Positions 47,027-56,173 of a stretch of 64,000 nt of DNA are shown here, piece after piece. The stretch is from positions 23,068 to 87,067 of the IMG/VR virus record IMGVR_UViG_3300022602_004810, one strand, 5' to 3'. Positions within the stretch are counted from its first letter, which is position 1, and each line of letters starts with the position of its first letter. The notes under the pieces were generated by a model. That model saw nothing but the letters and a program-made list of their open reading frames with translations. It was not told the DNA's origin and ran no database searches. The stretch comes from a virus. The position numbers were made by a program, and so were the translations under genes.

Positions 47027-48123
47027 CCGTTTTTTGCTAAAAAGTGGTTGGAAAACCACTCAATTGGATGACATTCAGTACCAAACTCATGGCCATGTGC
47101 TCGCATTGGTATTCTAGCCATAGCCACAAAAGCCGCATCACGTGCTTGTTGTAGTAGATAAATGTCTTGATCTGGATTTACATCTAGTTCGCTGATATGC
47201 CCTTTCCAGAATAAGGGAATATCTTCTACACACCAGCGTGCTTCTACCCCATTGGGGTCTATGCTGTATAATCGCTCAGCGGCAGCATACAAGTTAGTCC
47301 AACCTTCCTTGCGTTCTGGATAACCAATACGCACCTTCATGGTCTTGTCAAAGAAACCTGGAGGTACACAAAGTGGAGGAGCAATAGGGTTTAGCATTTT
47401 ACCTACATGACTGTAACCATCATAGTGGCGTGTTAGTTCACGTGTAGGACTATAAACTGTACCTGGTATCTTGTATCCGTATTGCCAACCCAGAGGGTCT
47501 GAGCGATACATGTTATCTTCACCACAGTCTGTTTCAAACCAGTAACGTTTAAATCTGCTGGCCTTCATCATGATTAGTGAGTCTACTGTGTCCCAGGTGA
47601 ACTTGATAAAATTCTTATCCTCAGTTAGTTCGCCATTCTGCGCTATAGTCATGCGCATCTGCTCGGGCCAATGACTGTAATACATAACAGCGTTAGGATC
47701 CGGGTCTGCATTTACAAGTTTAATACCAGCTGAAATTACTTCCAGGTCAGTGTCAATAAAGATATGGTCATCGTTGCCTTCATACCAAACTAGCTCATTG
47801 TCATCAGTAAAACGTTCTGTACACATTTCACGCCAAGTTCTGGTACGATCAATTCTATGCCAATTGACTTCTAGTTTATCTTCTGGGAAGATGCTTAACA
47901 TGTAAGCATATAGTTCTTCTTGACGTGGCGCAAACTCTGCTAGGTCAATGTAGAATACAAACTTGTCTACCACGGGTGCCATAACTGCACGACTAGCAAG
48001 ACAGTATTTGAATATGTCAAATCTGTTGCTTACTGGTAGCCAACTAGCGCGATCATAGACTGTGCCAGCATATGGCCAAGTCATTTTAATGTCTGTGATT
48101 TTTACGTTAAAGAAAACTATCAT
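47023..48123 (-). CDS. Putative glycosyltransferase-like protein (paralog B)
   Basis: GNDDHIFID DxD-like motif; clear paralog of 48130-49206; sugar-operon context. Confidence 0.5.
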   Translation of the reverse strand: MIVFFNVKITDIKMTWPYAGTVYDRASWLPVSNRFDIFKYCLASRAVMAPVVDKFVFYIDLAEFAPRQEELYAYMLSIFPEDKLEVNWHRIDRTRTWREMCTERFTDDNELVWYEGNDDHIFIDTDLEVISAGIKLVNADPDPNAVMYYSHWPEQMRMTIAQNGELTEDKNFIKFTWDTVDSLIMMKASRFKRYWFETDCGEDNMYRSDPLGWQYGYKIPGTVYSPTRELTRHYDGYSHVGKMLNPIAPPLCVPPGFFDKTMKVRIGYPERKEGWTNLYAAAERLYSIDPNGVEARWCVEDIPLFWKGHISELDVNPDQDIYLLQQARDAAFVAMARIPMRAHGHEFGTECHPIEWFSNHFLAKNG

Positions 48124-48129
48124 GTTATT

Positions 48130-49206
48130 CTACTCTTTGTATATAAAGTGTTTTTGGAACCAAGTTTCTGGATGACCTTCATCGCTGGTAAATTGGTGTC
48201 CATATGGATTCATTGGCACACGGGTCATGGCTATCATAGCACGATCACGTGCTTGGTGTAGTTCTTCTTGGGTAACTTCTGAGTTAGTCGCAATAGCCTT
48301 GATGCGACCTTGCCAGAATAGGGGAATGTCTTCTTCTACCCAACGATAGTCTGTGCCATTCTTGTCAGCATTGTATAACCATTCAGCCACGGGGTTAAAG
48401 TTAGTCCAACCTTCTTTGCGATCACTAAAGCCAATGCGTATCTGCATCTCACCTTCAAAGAAGCCAGGTGGAATATACAAGGGTGGTGCTACGTTTACAC
48501 AGCCAAGTCCCACATGACTATATCCGTCATAGTGACGTACTAGTTCTTTAGTTGGAGAATATACATTATGCTGTATCTTAAGCCCATATTGATTAAGGAA
48601 GTCTGATCTGTAGACTACATCACTGCCGCAGTCTGTGTCAAACCAATACTTCTTAAATCTACCAGCTTTCATTAGGTGGATAGCATCAAAGTTCTCCCAA
48701 TGGAACTTGATAAAATTACCATCTTCAGTTAGCTCGCCGCCCCAACGTAGACTGTTACGCATCTGTTCAGGCCAATGACTATAGTACATGATAGCATTGG
48801 GATCAGGATCCGCATTAAGTGTGGCTATGGCCGCACGTATCATATCTAAGTTACTGTCTATAAAGATATGATCGTCATTACCTGAATACCAAATTAGCTC
48901 ATTGTCGTCAGCGAACTTAGCAGCAGCTTCGCGCCATTCATTAGTGTGATTAAGACGATGCCACGTGACTTCTAATTTTTCTTCAGGAAAGATTGACAGC
49001 ATGTAAGCATATAGTTCTTCACGACGAGGATCTAATTCTGCCAGGTCAATATAAAATACAAATTTGTCTACTAAGGGTTCTAGTACAGCGTGACTAGCAA
49101 GACAATACTTAAAGATATCAAACCTGCCAGAGTCTGGATACCACTCGCCACGGTGATAAGTACCAAGGCGATGATCAGTGACTTTTACACTTTTGAGGAC
49201 TATCAT
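48130..49206 (-). CDS. Putative glycosyltransferase-like protein (paralog A)
   Basis: Shares RFDIFKYCLAS, GNDDHIFID, YYSHWPEQ and RHYDGYSHVG with paralog B. Confidence 0.5.
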   Translation of the reverse strand: MIVLKSVKVTDHRLGTYHRGEWYPDSGRFDIFKYCLASHAVLEPLVDKFVFYIDLAELDPRREELYAYMLSIFPEEKLEVTWHRLNHTNEWREAAAKFADDNELIWYSGNDDHIFIDSNLDMIRAAIATLNADPDPNAIMYYSHWPEQMRNSLRWGGELTEDGNFIKFHWENFDAIHLMKAGRFKKYWFDTDCGSDVVYRSDFLNQYGLKIQHNVYSPTKELVRHYDGYSHVGLGCVNVAPPLYIPPGFFEGEMQIRIGFSDRKEGWTNFNPVAEWLYNADKNGTDYRWVEEDIPLFWQGRIKAIATNSEVTQEELHQARDRAMIAMTRVPMNPYGHQFTSDEGHPETWFQKHFIYKE

Positions 49207-50192
49207 TAGAACTGTAGATTAGTGGTATATGTGTCAAAAACTTGCCATAGTGCTTTTTGTACTTCATCATCCCAATCAGCGTGTTGACTTAGTTTAGATA
49301 AAATATCGCGATACTCTGGACTATTGAAACAGTAGTGTCCAGCAACGATGACCTTTTGATCATCTTCTTCGCTGTCAGTCCATTTAGTCCAACGATTACT
49401 TGCTAATACTATTTTACTAAACGCTGTCCATTCTGTTTGACCTACACGACCTAGGCAAAGTTCTTTTAATAGTTTAGTCTGTACTACACCTAATTGTGGA
49501 GCAATGTTCATAGCATGAACCCCTGCTGCACGACGTAGTTGTACCTGATTTGGTGTTAGATAATCAGCATTATGTTCTTTCAATTTAACACCATTGTCGT
49601 TGGCCACTTTAACTAAGTCACGCACTGTGTCTATTTCAAATGTACCAGCTTGGTGATCTTCATGGCATAGGCTACCTGTTTGAGCTACAACAAATTCCAA
49701 GTTTGGCATGTTCTTAGCAAAGGCTACATCTTCTTTGTATTTGATTGCGCCTGCGGCTACACCTACGTTTTCTTCTGTGCCAAATTCAAAGCGCACGTTA
49801 AGATTCAAGTCGTGTGCAAATTTAAATAACTCTTCAGCAATACCATAGGTATCATCTACACGACTAGTGTCAATGTGTATTAGGTCAAAGCCCTGTTCAA
49901 TGTCGTAGGCAATGGTTTTCTTAGTTGCTTCTACAGCTTTCTTTAGGTCAAGTCCTTTTTCACTGTCTAAGAAGTAGGGACCACAATGATCACGGCACAT
50001 CCACACATAACTAGTTGGTAATGTATCCAATAATTTACGTAGTTCTGGTGTAGTCATTACATAGCCACTGTCTGCATCAACTTGATTGCGACTAGCAATG
50101 ATCATCAAAGGACGTTTAGTGTCTTGTGTATAATTACAAATTGCCTTAATTGCTTCTGGACTCATTGGTCCAAATCCTAATCTAAAATCCAT
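49206..50192 (-). CDS. GatZ/KbaZ-like (class II aldolase-associated / sugar-phosphate epimerase) protein
   Basis: ASRNQV, DHCGP, GFDLIHIDTS, EFGTEE, KEHNADY and NIAPQLG. Confidence 0.72.
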   Translation of the reverse strand: MDFRLGFGPMSPEAIKAICNYTQDTKRPLMIIASRNQVDADSGYVMTTPELRKLLDTLPTSYVWMCRDHCGPYFLDSEKGLDLKKAVEATKKTIAYDIEQGFDLIHIDTSRVDDTYGIAEELFKFAHDLNLNVRFEFGTEENVGVAAGAIKYKEDVAFAKNMPNLEFVVAQTGSLCHEDHQAGTFEIDTVRDLVKVANDNGVKLKEHNADYLTPNQVQLRRAAGVHAMNIAPQLGVVQTKLLKELCLGRVGQTEWTAFSKIVLASNRWTKWTDSEEDDQKVIVAGHYCFNSPEYRDILSKLSQHADWDDEVQKALWQVFDTYTTNLQF

Positions 50193-50652
50193 GTTTAATT
50201 CCCATCCTATCCATAATATATACACAGGCATCCATTACAGCGCCTTGTCCGCCTTCTCGTCTTGTTACAATTGTAGCTGCATTGATAGCTGTGCGCCATG
50301 CCTGCGCTGGTGCAATACTTAATCCTACATGTGGGAAAATCTTAGCATCATATGGACCATCCCCCATGAAGATTGTTTCTTTGGGATCACCTTTGGCCAG
50401 TATCCAATCTAATCGGTCCGCTTCTTTAACCAAGGTCAAAGGAAACTTCATATGATCAACAATGCGACTATGAGTTACAGGCCATCCTGCACCATCTGCT
50501 GAGATAAACTCAATACTAATATGGTCACGTAGCATACGTAGTCCATCGTGGTCATAGTTGCCAAAGGCCTTGAATGCTTTACCATCCTTGTCCCAATAGA
50601 GCTTGCCATCATTTAGTACACCATCTACATCTAATATAAATCTCTTGTACAT
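50182..50652 (-). CDS. KdsC/YrbI-like HAD sugar-phosphate phosphatase
   Basis: LDVDGVLNDG..Y...G...KAF...D..G, MGD..YD and GGQGAV. Confidence 0.85.
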   Translation of the reverse strand: MYKRFILDVDGVLNDGKLYWDKDGKAFKAFGNYDHDGLRMLRDHISIEFISADGAGWPVTHSRIVDHMKFPLTLVKEADRLDWILAKGDPKETIFMGDGPYDAKIFPHVGLSIAPAQAWRTAINAATIVTRREGGQGAVMDACVYIMDRMGIKHGF

Positions 50653-52202
50653 TATAATACCTTGCTGAAATGTAATTGAGCAAGTGATACAAGGAACTTA
50701 TCAAATGGTGCTTCGTGTAGGGGACTCATGTTCAAGTAGATAATTGGCATGATCAATTTAACTTTCTTCCAATCTAGGCCATTTGCATCTACCCAGTCTT
50801 TTAGCACTGACTCATATAGTTTAGCATCATTGACACTAGGAATGTCAAGTGTCGCATAGTCATTAGATTCTTTGTAACCATAATTTTCACTCTTGATGTC
50901 TTTGTAGCTTAACCATAGACCGCCTAGCATTTTTGCCAGGTCATAATATTGGTCACCGTATAGTTCGCCACCAAAGTCAGTACGCCAATCAATGGCAGTA
51001 AACTTACCTGTTTTTGGATCATAAATGGTGTTGTCGAAGTGTAGGTCACCGTGGATATATTTCCAAGATACTTCTGTACATAAGTAACCCCAATCAACTT
51101 GATCTAAATAATGATCAATTGTATCTACTTCAACTCCGTTGACTACACATGCTTCACTCCACGATGGATATTTGGCACGGAACATGTTCACACGTTCTAG
51201 GGTTTTTTCATAGTAGAATTTCTTACAGATATTAAGCTGAACAATATCAGCATTTTCTTCTGGTGGTGCATCTATCCATAGAGTACTTTGACACCAGTCT
51301 AGCATCTTATGGAATAGATCTAAATTGTATTGATCGTAGACAATGTCACCTTCGGCATAGTCATGAATTAGGAACGGGCCGCTACGGCGAACATTACTTG
51401 GCATAGCCTTAGGATTACATAGGGCACGCTGTACACGTTTTTCTGCTGATTTAGGATTTGGCCAAAACTTAATAATTTGATGATTATCACTATAGAATAG
51501 TTCATTTGGTTTAGGGAAACTTACGTCAACTAATTCTGCACTTAGTTCTTCCCACTTACTATAAGTACCAAAGTCTTTCCAACCTCTGACAGTATGTGCT
51601 TTGAGATCTAAGCCTGCAAAGCCTTCTGGAGTTTCTTTTGCGTTGACTGAAAATAAGTTATCTAGGTAGTCGTCATTGTGCGCATACATTAGGCCAATGA
51701 ACGCATCAACAGCGTGCTTACTGGCTACTTTGTTGTATACTTGTGTAATAGCTTCGCCATCACGTTCTACCCAGCAATAGTCTTGACTAATAGTGCTGTC
51801 AACAGGATGTACTCCAATCCAGCTGTGGTCTAGTTTATCTGTAATATCAAAATCAAATAAGGTATCACAGGTAATCCAAAGGAAGCCGCCACGAATATGA
51901 TCAGCACAGGTTTGGATAGTAGTAGCAGGCCCTGTGTTACCTTCTGCGTAATTTTCAATGTCAACAAATACTATGTTCTTTTCCTTGTGTACTTCTGTTA
52001 CATAGTCTTTGATCAACTGTCCCATGTGTCCACAGGCAATAACAAACTTAGTGGTTGTAGCATCAAACTTAGCCATGATATGACTGATTAGGGGTTTATT
52101 GTCATAGGGTACAAGTGCTTTAGGTACCATACGGCTGAATGTGCCCATACGGCGTCCATAGCCTGCGGCTAAGATTAATACTGTTAAATTAGTGTTGGTC
52201 AT
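50652..52202 (-). CDS. Sugar nucleotidyltransferase fused to APH/choline-kinase-like domain
   Basis: N-terminal LAAGYGRRM..PKAL; C-terminal IHGDLHFDN, AIDWR and YYDLAK. Confidence 0.85.
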   Translation of the reverse strand: MTNTNLTVLILAAGYGRRMGTFSRMVPKALVPYDNKPLISHIMAKFDATTTKFVIACGHMGQLIKDYVTEVHKEKNIVFVDIENYAEGNTGPATTIQTCADHIRGGFLWITCDTLFDFDITDKLDHSWIGVHPVDSTISQDYCWVERDGEAITQVYNKVASKHAVDAFIGLMYAHNDDYLDNLFSVNAKETPEGFAGLDLKAHTVRGWKDFGTYSKWEELSAELVDVSFPKPNELFYSDNHQIIKFWPNPKSAEKRVQRALCNPKAMPSNVRRSGPFLIHDYAEGDIVYDQYNLDLFHKMLDWCQSTLWIDAPPEENADIVQLNICKKFYYEKTLERVNMFRAKYPSWSEACVVNGVEVDTIDHYLDQVDWGYLCTEVSWKYIHGDLHFDNTIYDPKTGKFTAIDWRTDFGGELYGDQYYDLAKMLGGLWLSYKDIKSENYGYKESNDYATLDIPSVNDAKLYESVLKDWVDANGLDWKKVKLIMPIIYLNMSPLHEAPFDKFLVSLAQLHFSKVL

Positions 52203-52665
52203 GTTCTGCGTCGATCCTTCCATGTCCACGGTTAGCTGAATCTTCTAAGCGGATCACGTCATCTAGTTGTGTAGTGCTGGCTTCTGTGTAGTGTAAGTCA
52301 TCATAGGCAATCATACGATGTATTGTGCATGGCGGAGTATGGAATACTGCACCCGGTGCTAGTTCCTGTGTGATCAATTGACTTTTAATATGTTCAATAT
52401 CTTCAGGTGTATAACCACCTGCTAGGTAACGTTCACAGTCAAAAGGACGAGGATGGTAAATTAATGCTCCGTTACCTTGATGTAAATGAATACTTTCTGA
52501 TTTAAATTGGTGTACTTGTAGGCTAGTAACAAAACCAGCTTTGAGGACGAGTTCTTTTAGTGCGAATGGGTAAACATCGCTACCCCCTTGTAACCAAGTT
52601 TCTTGACCCCAAGGTTTGTGAACAACATGACATTGTTCAAGTGTTTGAAAATCTACAGTCATCAT
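52189..52665 (-). CDS. Cupin-fold sugar isomerase-like protein
   Basis: KPWGQE, SLQVH..K.E, PP..IHR and EAST..LDD.IRLED. Confidence 0.82.
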   Translation of the reverse strand: MMTVDFQTLEQCHVVHKPWGQETWLQGGSDVYPFALKELVLKAGFVTSLQVHQFKSESIHLHQGNGALIYHPRPFDCERYLAGGYTPEDIEHIKSQLITQELAPGAVFHTPPCTIHRMIAYDDLHYTEASTTQLDDVIRLEDSANRGHGRIDAEHDQH

Positions 52666-52685
52666 TGACCCCTAATTGATAATAC

Positions 52686-52714
52686 ATTCTACAATATTTA
52701 TCAGGTGGTGTCAA
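52686..52714 (-). promoter_or_regulatory. Sigma70 promoter with an embedded TAAATA late motif
   Basis: TTGACA-N17-TAGAAT; TAAATA at 52695-52700. Confidence 0.7.
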
Positions 52715-52734
52715 TGGTAAAGTTTAATTATGGT

Positions 52735-52872
52735 TTAATCGCAGTCTGAAAATGCCTGTACCAAACGTTGTATACACTCTTTATCTTCTGGTTTACAAAC
52801 AAATGGTTTTTCTTGAGTTTCTTGATAAGGATGTTGCGGAACTACTTGTTCTACTAATAAGTCTTCTGACAT
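52735..52872 (-). CDS. 45-aa hypothetical protein (not in ORF track)
   Basis: MSEDLLVEQ...CKPEDKECIQRLVQAFSDCD, downstream of the promoter at 52935-52963. Confidence 0.55.
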   Translation of the reverse strand: MSEDLLVEQVVPQHPYQETQEKPFVCKPEDKECIQRLVQAFSDCD

Positions 52873-52934
52873 TTTGTGTCGCCTTTGTATAAAATAAATG
52901 TGCAAAGAATTTTGTCCTTCGCACGATTATTTAT

Positions 52935-52963
52935 ACTATACAGCCTTTTTAGCGACTTGTCAA
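52935..52963 (-). promoter_or_regulatory. Sigma70-type promoter followed by TAAATA
   Basis: TTGACA-N17-TATAGT; TAAATA at 52928-52933. Confidence 0.7.
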
Positions 52964-53470
52964 GACCTGACGGTCAGTGTAGAACACGTGATTACCTATA
53001 CGGGCAATTTTTAGTAGTCGCCAATTTGGATTTACACTGGTATTATGGAAATATAAGGCCTGTGCCATGACATCATTGTCTAAGCGTAGACCATTATACA
53101 TAACTTCGGTGGCTATGGCTAGACTTTCGTTCCATCGATCACTTACATAACGAATACCGGCAGGTGGGTTACATACCCACGCAAACTGACATACTGTTTT
53201 GGTCACAGGTTTGGCCTGTTGAACTACAACTACCTGTGTTTTTTGATTAACTACTCCGCAAACGGTTCCCGGAAAGTTTCCTGTACCAGCACGGTTAATA
53301 GTAACTTGTGCTACTGCTATCATTCCATCGCGGGTTTCTAACCCAGCTTCGTAGTAGATATTTTTGGCCAAGCATAGTAGTTGATTGTCTACCTGTGGTT
53401 GTTTTGCTAGTGCTACATTGCACTGTAGAATTGCCAAGGACATTATTGCCCAGGTAACTAGTATTCTCAT
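52949..53470 (-). CDS. Cell wall hydrolase (SleB/Hydrolase_2 family)
   Basis: Signal-like N-terminus, CLAKNIYYEA, AVAQVTINR, FPGTVCGVV.Q, CQFAW and IGNHVFY. Confidence 0.92.
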   Translation of the reverse strand: MRILVTWAIMSLAILQCNVALAKQPQVDNQLLCLAKNIYYEAGLETRDGMIAVAQVTINRAGTGNFPGTVCGVVNQKTQVVVVQQAKPVTKTVCQFAWVCNPPAGIRYVSDRWNESLAIATEVMYNGLRLDNDVMAQALYFHNTSVNPNWRLLKIARIGNHVFYTDRQVLTSR

Positions 53471-53506
53471 ACTTTTCCTCCTGTTAGTGTTGTCTTGCTC
53501 GTTGAT

Positions 53507-53710
53507 TTATTTTGCTGGTGCTAGACCTGTTGCTTGATTGCGGTCTATAAAAAATTGACAGGGCTTTGGTAATTCTCTAACCATTACTAGATCGTAATCG
53601 TTAAAGTCTGCGTTATTCACCGACATGCTGCTAGTGTGTCTATGGCATGTATCTCGTTTATCGCATGCTCGCCCCGCACAGTAATACTTCTCCTGTGTAG
53701 TTTGTGTCAT
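53507..53710 (-). CDS. Small Cys-containing protein
   Basis: CAGRAC..RDTCHRH..C; SD GGAGG. Confidence 0.65.
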   Translation of the reverse strand: MTQTTQEKYYCAGRACDKRDTCHRHTSSMSVNNADFNDYDLVMVRELPKPCQFFIDRNQATGLAPAK

Positions 53711-53791
53711 TCTGATTCCTCCGAACGTTAAGTATGTATGCTAGGAATTTCTCCTTTTAGTGCATACTTAACTGTGAGTTATTTGGGATAA

Positions 53792-54625
53792 CTACTCCAA
53801 GTTTAAAATTCCCGGATTTCGTTGTATAAACGATTGTCTTAACTGATTCCAAACATTAAAAAGATCGTCTCTTCCGTAGTCATTTATGATCATTTTCAGG
53901 TCTGAAAATGCCTGAATCTCAGCAATATATGGTCTATATTTGGCCGGTAATGTCATTGGTGTATGTTCAAATGGTAATACGTCCAATAAATTCAAATCCA
54001 TATATGTACTAACTAATCGTTCATTTAAAAACGGAAACATTGGCAAGGTTTTATTTAGATTGTAGTTACTTAATCCTTCACCAAATACCTTATGTTTAAA
54101 TATAGCATCTTTTTCAGCTATTGTAAAGATCTGACGTGTTAGGGCCATATAACCATCCCAGAATTTTCTGTTAGCTACAAAGTATGTGGCAAATCCCATG
54201 CGTTCTCGGTCTAATAATAGTTCCTTAACATCATAATCTTCAATGCCTGTGCGTGCTAGGAAATCATTGGCAATATCACTTAGTCCAGGATGCCAATGAT
54301 CTCCTTGCTCCCATCCGTTGGCCCATACTGCTTCGTTTAAGATAGCAGGATTAAACAGATAAACATCATGTCCTGGATTAGCATTAACGTAGTCTAACAT
54401 AGTCTGGCCAGAGATGCCCATTTTGTCATGAAACTTCCAACTGACAAATCCCCACTGATCAATGCCTTGATCCACGCACTGTTGATACATTTTATCCCAT
54501 ATCAACCATTCTTGAATAGCCGGATCTGGATTACTTGTATTATCGTAGGGTGTGAATGCTGGATCTAAATGATCACGTTGTTCACTTTTGTAGTAGATTT
54601 GAAAAACTTTCGTGTTTGTTGACAT
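53792..54625 (-). CDS. Putative glycosyltransferase-like protein
   Basis: FQIYY, GFVSWKF..K, DVYLFNP, YFVA...FW and FLNERL. Confidence 0.55.
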   Translation of the reverse strand: MSTNTKVFQIYYKSEQRDHLDPAFTPYDNTSNPDPAIQEWLIWDKMYQQCVDQGIDQWGFVSWKFHDKMGISGQTMLDYVNANPGHDVYLFNPAILNEAVWANGWEQGDHWHPGLSDIANDFLARTGIEDYDVKELLLDRERMGFATYFVANRKFWDGYMALTRQIFTIAEKDAIFKHKVFGEGLSNYNLNKTLPMFPFLNERLVSTYMDLNLLDVLPFEHTPMTLPAKYRPYIAEIQAFSDLKMIINDYGRDDLFNVWNQLRQSFIQRNPGILNLE

Positions 54626-55370
54626 AGTATTCTGTTTCTTCCTTTAGGCTTCTTGAACGAGGCATAAATTCTTTTGTTAAACGCCATTCGAGTGTTTCTT
54701 TGTTAGTGATATGATGGAATCCCCAATTGCGTTGACGATCAACCCAGGGTATTTGTGTTTGTACCTGTAGCTTACGAGCCAAGCCACCTTCATCCATTGG
54801 ACACCAACCATAGTAGAATATAACTAGTTCTTTAGTAGTATAACTTTCATAATGACGACCAGGTACAGGATACTGCACATTCATATTGTGTAGACTGCGT
54901 GCTCGACGTTCGCGGAAGTTTTCTGTATATCTGCCGTTGAAAGTATATCCGCCCTCAAAGCTAAAGCCATCTGTCTTTTGTTTGTATAGAGGAATACCAG
55001 GGTCTACTAGGCGCTCTCTATCACAGTCAACATAAAACATAGTAGGCAATAGTAGTTGCTGGTTAGCCACATCATTCATTAGGCTGTAGTCACCTATCAT
55101 TAGCTCTGTTACGTTAAGACAAATGCGCCAACCTTCAATGCCACGCTCAATGTCCATAACTTCATAGTCAATATTGTCTGCCTGGAAGTCAGGATTGCGG
55201 CTAGTTACAATATCCCAAGTTGGGCATAGTTCTTTGACGATTTCTGTACTGCGATCAGTACTATGGTAGTCAATGATAATACCGTGATCAAATATCTGCT
55301 TGTGATGGTTAAGGAACCACGGTAATAGATATTCTTCATTGTAGATATGACAGATAATAGTTTTCTTCAA
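54582..55370 (-). CDS. GT2-like glycosyltransferase (paralog 3)
   Basis: YNEEYLLPWFLNHH..FDHGIIIDYHSTD. Confidence 0.8.
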   Translation of the reverse strand: MKKTIICHIYNEEYLLPWFLNHHKQIFDHGIIIDYHSTDRSTEIVKELCPTWDIVTSRNPDFQADNIDYEVMDIERGIEGWRICLNVTELMIGDYSLMNDVANQQLLLPTMFYVDCDRERLVDPGIPLYKQKTDGFSFEGGYTFNGRYTENFRERRARSLHNMNVQYPVPGRHYESYTTKELVIFYYGWCPMDEGGLARKLQVQTQIPWVDRQRNWGFHHITNKETLEWRLTKEFMPRSRSLKEETEYYVNKHESFSNLLQK

Positions 55371-56173
55371 AATTCTTGTCCTGTAATGCGTCTGTTGTGT
55401 TCTAAGATATGTGCAATTTCCTGTCTAAGATCTTTGCTTTTTGGTTGATGGTGATCTCTTTGTAGTCTTAAGTGTAGCTCTGCATCAGAAAAATGCGGAT
55501 TGATTCCACCCTTTTCCGCAGCAATCTGTGTTTTTCTTTTAATGCCTTCTTCTGATGTGCTGTACCATCCATAGTAGAATAAGACTAGATCATCAAAGGA
55601 TTTAGCACGGCCTCCGCCAAAGTGACGGCCAATTTCATATTCTACCGGATAATTGTGTACGCTGCGATTCATCCTGCCCATGATAGTACCATGTGAACTG
55701 CCCCAGTTTTCAAATTCATCATAACCCCAATAACGTTGTTCGTGTAAGGGTATGTCATGTGATAAGGATACTGGCCCTTTACCTGGATCTTCCATGTCAA
55801 CAAATACATAGTTGCCTATTAGGTATTGTGTATGCTCAGGTCTATCATCAAGATGATCTGTGTTGCCATACAAGAATTCAGTGATGTTCAAGGTCATGCG
55901 CCAGCCATCAAGGCCGTGCTCAATTGACATAACTTCTTGATCTATCCAATGCGAATCTAAAAAATCTTGATTGTGTGTATCAACTGAAGCATCGCGAGGA
56001 ACATGTGTACGTATTTCCCATGTAGGGCATAGTTCTTTAATTATTTCAACACTGCGATCAGTGCTATGATAGTCAATCATAATGCCATGATCAAACACGG
56101 CTCTATGATGTTTTAACCACCACGGTAGTAGATATTCTTCGTTATAGAAATGAGAAACAACGGTCTTTTTCAC
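55367..56173 (-). CDS. GT2-like glycosyltransferase (paralog 2)
   Basis: Same motif; GTG start directly after the upstream TAG. Confidence 0.8.
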   Translation of the reverse strand: MKKTVVSHFYNEEYLLPWWLKHHRAVFDHGIMIDYHSTDRSVEIIKELCPTWEIRTHVPRDASVDTHNQDFLDSHWIDQEVMSIEHGLDGWRMTLNITEFLYGNTDHLDDRPEHTQYLIGNYVFVDMEDPGKGPVSLSHDIPLHEQRYWGYDEFENWGSSHGTIMGRMNRSVHNYPVEYEIGRHFGGGRAKSFDDLVLFYYGWYSTSEEGIKRKTQIAAEKGGINPHFSDAELHLRLQRDHHQPKSKDLRQEIAHILEHNRRITGQEF

